In this document: positions 58,171-64,000 of the stretch, piece after piece
Layout of the letters: each line of letters starts with the position of its first letter
Numbering within the stretch: position 1 is the stretch's first letter
Source of the DNA: a virus
DNA: 64,000 nt
IMG/VR virus record: IMGVR_UViG_3300034101_003479
Coordinates: 21,871-85,870 of that record
Reading direction: 5' to 3' (one strand)
Position numbers and translations under genes: made by a program
The notes under the pieces: model-generated
Seen by the model: the letters and a program-made list of their open reading frames with translations, nothing else
The model's database searches: none
What the model was told of the DNA's origin: nothing

Positions 58171-59478
58171 CTACTGTTGGTCTTGAGAATCTCTCCATTG
58201 TTGATACATTGCGTCTAGCTTATCGCTAAATGTTTCGTCGCTAGAAGTTAACACGTTTGGATCATCTATTGCTCTGTAAGAGTCGTGTACTAATGCGTTG
58301 TCTGTAAAGAATACATCGTATGGTTCAACGTCAATTGAAACCAAAAGTTCTCTCTGATCTGTAATCTTGTAGTCTGTAATTGCCACCCAGTCTGACTCTG
58401 ATGGTGAGAAGATTAAATCTGTCTCTAAAACCTCTGCAGAAGGCTGGAATTGAATCTCGTTGTTTCTTTTAATTAAAACAAAGTGTTGCTTTGAGTACTT
58501 ATTTCCATTAATAACAACAGCACCCTCTTGAGAAATTCTTGCTGCCATTGCAACAATAGTTGTTTCTACATCCTGAGATATACTTGCGCTATTTGAAGAC
58601 CAATTTTGTAAATACTCTAATATTGCTGTATTCGAAACATCAATACCTTCGATATTTGCAGAGTAAAGAACATCTCCTACGCTCAAATTGTGAGCTAGAA
58701 TTAGTCCCTCTGGCACCTTAGACTTAATAATTGTTTCTGCTCCTACCGACTTAGGAGTAAACCCAAATGGTGTAAACCCGAATGGAGTAAACCCAAATGG
58801 TGTAAACCCGAATGGTGTAAATCCGAATGGAGTGAACCCAAATGGGGTAAATCCGAATGGTGAGAAGCTAAATGGTGTTGTGGTAATTTGATTTGAATTA
58901 GAGCTATATGAAGAAAACCCGTTATCATTTTGAGCTCTTACTCTAATGGTTTGGGCTTCGTTTCCATTTTCAGAAACATTTGCAGAGAATGTATTTGCAT
59001 TGTATGAGTAAGTATCATTTTCATGATCAATTAAAGAATAGCCTGTGATGCCCTTTCCACCGTTTGATGATGGTGCTGACCAGGATACTGCGTTTGTTTC
59101 TGCTCCGTTATTTGAGAGACTTGGGGCATTTGGTGTACTTGGGACAGTTGTTGCTGTAATTGAATTACTTGCATCTGAAGGAACTGAGTTTCCTACTGCA
59201 TTTGTAGCTATAACTGTAAATGTATAGCCAGTTGTAGACTGTAGACCTTCTACTGTAATAGGAGAAGCAGATCCAGAGCCAGTGTAGTTTCCTGGATTTG
59301 ATGTGACTGTATATGAAGTAGCTGGTGGAGAATCTACACTCATTGTAAATGATACGGATGCAGCTCCATTATTAAACGGTCTATTTGTTCCTATATCTGT
59401 TGCTGTTCCTATAATTGGCTTAAATGGCTCTAAAAAGTCATTAGCCGATTGGCTCATTCTACCTGCTTGCTTTGACAT
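58171..59478 (-). CDS. FN3-FN3-(PFGFT)n-Hint (intein-like) protein
   Basis: two FN3 domains (ITVEGLQSTTGYTFTVIATNAVG; VSWSAPSSNGGKGITGY), 8 pentapeptide repeats, Hint blocks SVGAET / LSVGD / SKQH / SIDVE..FFTDNALVHD. Confidence 0.8.
   Translation of the reverse strand: MSKQAGRMSQSANDFLEPFKPIIGTATDIGTNRPFNNGAASVSFTMSVDSPPATSYTVTSNPGNYTGSGSASPITVEGLQSTTGYTFTVIATNAVGNSVPSDASNSITATTVPSTPNAPSLSNNGAETNAVSWSAPSSNGGKGITGYSLIDHENDTYSYNANTFSANVSENGNEAQTIRVRAQNDNGFSSYSSNSNQITTTPFSFSPFGFTPFGFTPFGFTPFGFTPFGFTPFGFTPFGFTPKSVGAETIIKSKVPEGLILAHNLSVGDVLYSANIEGIDVSNTAILEYLQNWSSNSASISQDVETTIVAMAARISQEGAVVINGNKYSKQHFVLIKRNNEIQFQPSAEVLETDLIFSPSESDWVAITDYKITDQRELLVSIDVEPYDVFFTDNALVHDSYRAIDDPNVLTSSDETFSDKLDAMYQQWRDSQDQQ
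58756..58875 (-). repeat. 8 x 15-nt coding tandem repeat (PFSFS + 7 x PFGFT)
   Basis: units such as CCATTCGGATTTACC and CCATTTGGGTTTACT; the seven PFGFT units differ only at synonymous positions. Confidence 0.95.
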
Positions 59479-59501
59479 GTATGTTCTCCCCTATTATTTC
59501 T

Positions 59502-62500
59502 TTAAGCTAAAAGATCTCCAAAAACTAACCAACCGCTTGGAGTTTTCATTGCTGTTACTACTGAGTTTGTGTTTCTGAATTTTAAGCCTGGTGTACCAAC
59601 AACGCCGTTTGTTGAAGCAAATGATGCTCCAGTTCCTGACGCTTGGTAGAAGTCAATTGATTGACCAGTTGAATATCCAGATGAAGGAAGAGTAATTTGT
59701 ACCGCTCCACTTATTGGGATAAACTTATCTTGCTCGCCAGATGCGAGTGTCTCTGATGATGTTCTCTCTGTTCCAAATGTTGTTATAGATGGAACACCAA
59801 TCTTTGTCTGTGTTCCGTCTGAGAATGCGATTCCAGATGCTGACACAGTCACTGTGCCAGTAAATGTCGGAGCATTAATTGGGGCCTTAGTATCTATTTG
59901 AGTTTGAATTGCTGATGTAACTCCATTTAGATATCCAAACTCTGTATTTGAAACATCTCCTACCGTTAATGATGATGCATTTATTGCTGCAACTTGTAGG
60001 TCTGAATATTCAATACCTGCTTCTGCGAAATTTACAGTTGAAGTTGGCTTTGTTGATGCATGCTTAAATGCTTTAATAACGCCGTCGGAGGCATCACGGA
60101 CAATACCTGAATATTTAGTGTTGCCACCAATAGTGTATTCTCCAATAAAACCTAGGTCAACAATATCTGATGCGTTGTTGTCTCCTGTGAAAATTAGTGG
60201 ATCTGTTACTGAGAGGTTTGATGTTTCTACAGTTGTTCCTTCTCCTCCGAAAACAATAGTTCCTTCAATTGTAACATCTCCGTTAATATTCAGGTCTCCC
60301 TGAATACCAACTCCACCAACTACGGTTAATGCACCTGTTGTTGGTGATGTAGAAGGTGTATCAATTTCAATGTGAACATTTTCATCTGGGAAAATAGTCA
60401 TTTGTGTATTGTTTGACTGTAATCCTCCTGCAGCAAAAACAATGTGGTTGTGTGTTCCATTAGCACCAGTTGCAATTACAAGATTTCCGTTTCCAGCTGT
60501 TCCTACTGGGGCTTCCATAAATATGTATCCGTCATTTCCGCCAGTTATCGTAAAGTCTGGGTCTGCGAATGTTGGTGCGGTAATTCCGATGTTTACCCAT
60601 CCAGAAGCATCGTTTCCATTTGAAGAGTATAAAATCACATCTGTAGATGAATTTGGTGCATCTGTTGTATTTTTAACTGCAACTTGTGCATAATCATTTG
60701 CTGCAGTTGAAAACACTGCAATTGGGTTTGTATAATCATCGTCTGTTCTTAAATCTTTTGCATCTGCTCCGACATTGAAGTCATTTGTAGATACCTCTAA
60801 ACTATCTGTAGCTATTGCATTCCCACCGTCAGACATTGCTGCGACAGCATCTGCTGTAGATCTTACTGATGTGTAGTACTTGTTTGTTGTACCCTCTTCA
60901 ATATCATCAGTATCTAATGCATTTATAGCATCTGTAGTAAATGTTTGTGCTGCTGTAATTGCATCTGCTTCTGCTGTGTCTGCGTATGATTTTGTTGCTA
61001 GAAGTGCTGTATCAGCAATTCCATGAACATTTTGAGTTACAGATGCATGTGTTGATATTTTAGAATCTGCGGTGCTGTCTGCATAAATTTCTGTGTTGCT
61101 AATTTCGTTGTCAACATATTGCTTAGTTGATGCCTCTAAATTATTTTGTGGGCTTCCACTTAGTACTAGTGCTCCAGTCATTGTAGAACCAGTTTTTAGC
61201 ATTAAATCTGCTGTATTTGAAATTCCGTGGACGTTAGTTTCTGTACCATTATGTGTGGTAATTGCATTCCCAATAGACTCAGACACCTCGCTGTTTGTTA
61301 CTAATAATGTTGTATCTGGAATGCCGTGAACATTTGTTGTTGATGTAGAGTGGGTCATTCCAGCTTGTGTAATAACTCCCAATGCATTTGTCATAGTTGC
61401 TGCATAATTTTCATCTTCGCCTATAGCTTCCGCCAACTCATTTAAAGTATTAAGTGTTTCTGGTGCAGAGTCAACAAGTTCAGCAACTTTATTGTCTACA
61501 TATGAAGTTAAGGCTAATGTACCTGAAGCGTTTGGCAAAGTAACTGTGCGGTCTGCTGTTGGGTCCCCAGCCTCTAATACTGTTTCAAACTCATTATTTG
61601 TTGTGCCTTCAAAAGTAATAAAGTGTGGTGATGGAAGATAGATTCCATGAATACGTGGAGTGCCACCAGTTGCTGTAATCTCTCCTCCGTTAATTGTTGG
61701 AGTTGTTAAAGTCTTATCTGATAGGGTTTGTTGTCCAGCTAAAGTGACTACGGTATGATTTCCGTTTCCAATTGGTATTGTTGTAGAGTTTCCACTATGG
61801 CTAAGCTTTATATCGGTGCTGTCTATCTCAATTGTGGCTGTGTCTAAATAGAGTGTTGTGCCAGATAGATACAAATCTTTAAACTTATTTTCAGGGGATC
61901 CCAAATCGTATGTGGCATCAGATGAAGGAATAATATCTCCTCCAACTGTTGCTCCATTTATAATAGGGCTTGTTAAAGTTTTATTTGATAAAGTTTGTGC
62001 TGTATCTGTTCCAACAACTGTTGTAGTTGCATCTGGGAAGGTGATAGTTCTGTTTGCTGTTGGGTCTGTTACTGCAAGTGTAGTTTCAAAATCATTACCT
62101 GTTGTGCCCTCTAATATAATGCTTGACTTTGGAACAAGTAGGTTGCCGTTAGCATCTAGCTTTGCTGGTCCGCCTGCATTTCCTACATCTGCTAGTAAAA
62201 CATAATCAGATGTTACTGTATTTTGTAATCCGCCAACTGCGTTATCTACATATGAATTTGTGGCAATAACATTTGTATCAACTGTGATAGAAATTGTATT
62301 TGTAACGTCATTGTAAGACTTTGTAAGACCTGAGCCCATTGAAAGAGCTTGATCAATTGCATCTTGTGCAATTTCGGTAATGGCTGGCGAGTCAGCGGCT
62401 ATGTATGAAAGACTAGTCCATGCTGTGTTGCCAGTTCCAATTTTTAACTTACGAGTGTCTGTTTCAACACCCATTTCTCCTGCTGCTAGAGTAGGATTTA

Positions 62501-62555
62501 CTGAGGTCCACTCTGCTGCTGTGCCTCTTCTTACTTGAATTCTTACTGTTGACAT
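59502..62555 (-). CDS. tail fibre with Mtd-N/hyaluronidase-type N-terminal domain
   Basis: IQVRRGTAAEWTSVNPTLAAGEMGVETDTRKLKIG; QTLSNKTLTSP repeats; three TH....NVHGI repeats. Confidence 0.8.
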   Translation of the reverse strand: MSTVRIQVRRGTAAEWTSVNPTLAAGEMGVETDTRKLKIGTGNTAWTSLSYIAADSPAITEIAQDAIDQALSMGSGLTKSYNDVTNTISITVDTNVIATNSYVDNAVGGLQNTVTSDYVLLADVGNAGGPAKLDANGNLLVPKSSIILEGTTGNDFETTLAVTDPTANRTITFPDATTTVVGTDTAQTLSNKTLTSPIINGATVGGDIIPSSDATYDLGSPENKFKDLYLSGTTLYLDTATIEIDSTDIKLSHSGNSTTIPIGNGNHTVVTLAGQQTLSDKTLTTPTINGGEITATGGTPRIHGIYLPSPHFITFEGTTNNEFETVLEAGDPTADRTVTLPNASGTLALTSYVDNKVAELVDSAPETLNTLNELAEAIGEDENYAATMTNALGVITQAGMTHSTSTTNVHGIPDTTLLVTNSEVSESIGNAITTHNGTETNVHGISNTADLMLKTGSTMTGALVLSGSPQNNLEASTKQYVDNEISNTEIYADSTADSKISTHASVTQNVHGIADTALLATKSYADTAEADAITAAQTFTTDAINALDTDDIEEGTTNKYYTSVRSTADAVAAMSDGGNAIATDSLEVSTNDFNVGADAKDLRTDDDYTNPIAVFSTAANDYAQVAVKNTTDAPNSSTDVILYSSNGNDASGWVNIGITAPTFADPDFTITGGNDGYIFMEAPVGTAGNGNLVIATGANGTHNHIVFAAGGLQSNNTQMTIFPDENVHIEIDTPSTSPTTGALTVVGGVGIQGDLNINGDVTIEGTIVFGGEGTTVETSNLSVTDPLIFTGDNNASDIVDLGFIGEYTIGGNTKYSGIVRDASDGVIKAFKHASTKPTSTVNFAEAGIEYSDLQVAAINASSLTVGDVSNTEFGYLNGVTSAIQTQIDTKAPINAPTFTGTVTVSASGIAFSDGTQTKIGVPSITTFGTERTSSETLASGEQDKFIPISGAVQITLPSSGYSTGQSIDFYQASGTGASFASTNGVVGTPGLKFRNTNSVVTAMKTPSGWLVFGDLLA

Positions 62556-62595
62556 ATTTATTACCCCTTATTTGCTAATTATAGCATTATTTTGT

Positions 62596-62952
62596 TTAAA
62601 CTAGAACCCCAGAATCAAATATAATTCCATATACTGAAGTCGATGGAGATCCACCGTCAGCAAATTTAGTTGCTGTGGTGTTTACTCCGTTTGCCTGTAC
62701 TGTGTATATTGGAAGTCCATTATAATCTATTGCTAATCCAACATCCATAAACCCAATTTCTGTTGAGTTGTCTGGAATATCTGAGACAAAAGCTATAGGA
62801 CTCCAAGTTCCATTTAACTGGATTTGTAGCTTATTTGTTGCTGTATCAAATCTTAAGGGGGTTGTTCCCAATATAACGTCAGAACCAAATGTGGCATCTC
62901 CTGCGACATCGATTCCATTCTTAACTTTAAAGTTCTTATCTGTTGTTGACAT
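62596..62952 (-). CDS. small tail-fibre-associated protein
   Basis: KNFKVKNGI N-terminus; C-terminal ADGGSP..IFDSG. Confidence 0.55.
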   Translation of the reverse strand: MSTTDKNFKVKNGIDVAGDATFGSDVILGTTPLRFDTATNKLQIQLNGTWSPIAFVSDIPDNSTEIGFMDVGLAIDYNGLPIYTVQANGVNTTATKFADGGSPSTSVYGIIFDSGVLV

Positions 62953-63016
62953 TTAAGTTCACATATCCCCTAATTGTTTTGGTGGGGTTTTGAAAGGACC
63001 CCCTACCTTTATTTAA

Positions 63017-64000
63017 TTATTTAATTAATGTTGCTACTACTGTTACTGTTGTATTTGCATGAACAGTGTCTACTTCTATTGCAAGATTTCCATTTAGGTA
63101 AGATGCTCCAACTGATCCAAGAGACCCGTTGGTTCCGACCATACCAAATTCTGTTATTGCTATATTGTTTGATGAATCTGTAGTTAGTAGAACTTCTGAA
63201 ATCTGTGAGTGTGTTGCTGTTGCAAACTTAACCCAAGCTTTTGCTGTTCCGTAGTCTGACTTAGACCATGACATTACTGATGATCCTGTTTGAGCTGTAG
63301 GAACTACTCCTTGAGCTGCTCTTTGGGAGCTAAGATCATTTATGTTTAAAGCTGTAAACTCTGTTGTTCCGTCTAGAACATCGTCAAGTGCTGCTTGAGC
63401 TGTGGCTTCTGCTGCAGACTGTGCTGCGTTTGCCTTGCTTGTTGCATCTGCTGATGCAGTTGCTTCTGCTGCAGTCTGTGCAGCGTTAGCCTTTGAAGTA
63501 GCATCTGCTGAGGCTGTAGCCTCTGCTGCAGTCTGTGCTGCTGATGCATAACCCTGTGCTGCTGTGTCAAGATCAGAAATTTCTGAGTTAACATATGATG
63601 TGTCAGCCTTTGTTCCAACTAATGTTGTGAGGTTTGTAATTGTATCTGGTGAATCACCAAGTGCTTCTGCCAGTTCGTTAAGTGTGTTTAAAAGTTCTGG
63701 TGCTGAATCAACAAGTGCTGAAACTGCTCCATCTGTGTAAAGGTTTGCTGCTGCTTGTGCTGCGTTTGCCTTAGAAGTAGCGTCTAGTGCTGCTGCAGTG
63801 ATTGCTGCTGCTTCTGCAGCGTTAGCCTTTGATGTTGCATCTGCTGATGCAGTTGCTTCTGCTGCTGCTTGTGCTGCGTTAGCCTTAGAAGTAGCATCGG
63901 TTGCTGCTGCAGACTGTGCTGCGTTTGCCTTGCTTGTTGCATCTGCTGATGCAGTTGCTTCTGCTGCAGTCTGTGCAGCGTTAGCCTTTGAAGTAGCATC
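63017..64000 (-). CDS. Ala-rich coiled-coil tail fibre protein, C-terminal part (5' end outside window)
   Basis: the frame of ORF 63017..63274 continues to the window edge: ASADATSKANAAQSAAEAT repeats and DSAPELLNTLNELAEALG. Confidence 0.75.
   Translation of the reverse strand, partial: DATSKANAAQTAAEATASADATSKANAAQSAAATDATSKANAAQAAAEATASADATSKANAAEAAAITAAALDATSKANAAQAAANLYTDGAVSALVDSAPELLNTLNELAEALGDSPDTITNLTTLVGTKADTSYVNSEISDLDTAAQGYASAAQTAAEATASADATSKANAAQTAAEATASADATSKANAAQSAAEATAQAALDDVLDGTTEFTALNINDLSSQRAAQGVVPTAQTGSSVMSWSKSDYGTAKAWVKFATATHSQISEVLLTTDSSNNIAITEFGMVGTNGSLGSVGASYLNGNLAIEVDTVHANTTVTVVATLIK
63400..64000 (-). repeat. Ala-rich coding repeats (about 15-19 aa units) including an exact 97-bp direct repeat
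   Basis: 63409-63505 is identical to 63904-64000. Confidence 0.85.

Noticed and set aside
58756-58875. 15-nt tandem repeat as a CRISPR array or ncRNA
   Set aside because: There are no spacers; the units are in frame and vary synonymously, so it is a coding repeat.
59502-62555. Diversity-generating retroelement suggested by the Mtd-like N-terminus
   Set aside because: There is no reverse transcriptase in the window, no C-type lectin variable region, and I saw no adenine-mismatched TR/VR pair.
146-62956. Plus-strand ORFs in the ORF track (e.g. 36284..36874, 37922..38404, 46426..47025)
   Set aside because: They are antisense shadows of well-supported minus-strand genes and have no recognisable motifs.
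63373-63999. Gln-rich ORFs 63373..63618 and 63784..63999
   Set aside because: They are alternative-frame readings of the Ala-rich (GCA-rich) fibre gene that runs off the window.
1-64000. Prophage boundary, integrase or lysis genes
   Set aside because: None recognisable; the whole window reads as continuous co-oriented phage sequence.

Overview
This window is a 64-kb segment of a large, AT-rich tailed phage genome (siphovirus-like), with essentially all real genes on the minus strand. In transcription order (right to left) it holds: (i) tail-fibre genes; (ii) an FN3-(PFGFT)n-Hint protein followed by a tightly packed cluster of putative modification enzymes (GNAT-like, 2OG-Fe(II) oxygenases, a GT60/GlcNAc-type glycosyltransferase, an SDR); (iii) the head and tail morphogenesis module (portal, prohead protease, capsid, connectors, major tail, frameshifted chaperones, tape measure, minor tail proteins); (iv) a replication and recombination module (DnaB, primase, SSB, tRNA-Leu, DnaE, RecA, Cas4-like nuclease, RuvC); (v) a candidate cobalamin capture and activation cassette (DUF4430/transcobalamin-like exported protein, small membrane protein, PduO); (vi) a glycosylation cassette; (vii) the terminase; and (viii) a quinone oxidoreductase. 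The architecture, the short-arm tRNA-Leu(UAA) and the leaderless extended -10 promoters suggest an actinobacterial host (inference). The two best candidates for undescribed systems are the Hint-processed Pro/Phe-repeat protein with its hydroxylase/glycosyltransferase cluster (51436-59478) and the phage B12 module (7457-8555). All family calls come from motif recognition by eye, not database searches.
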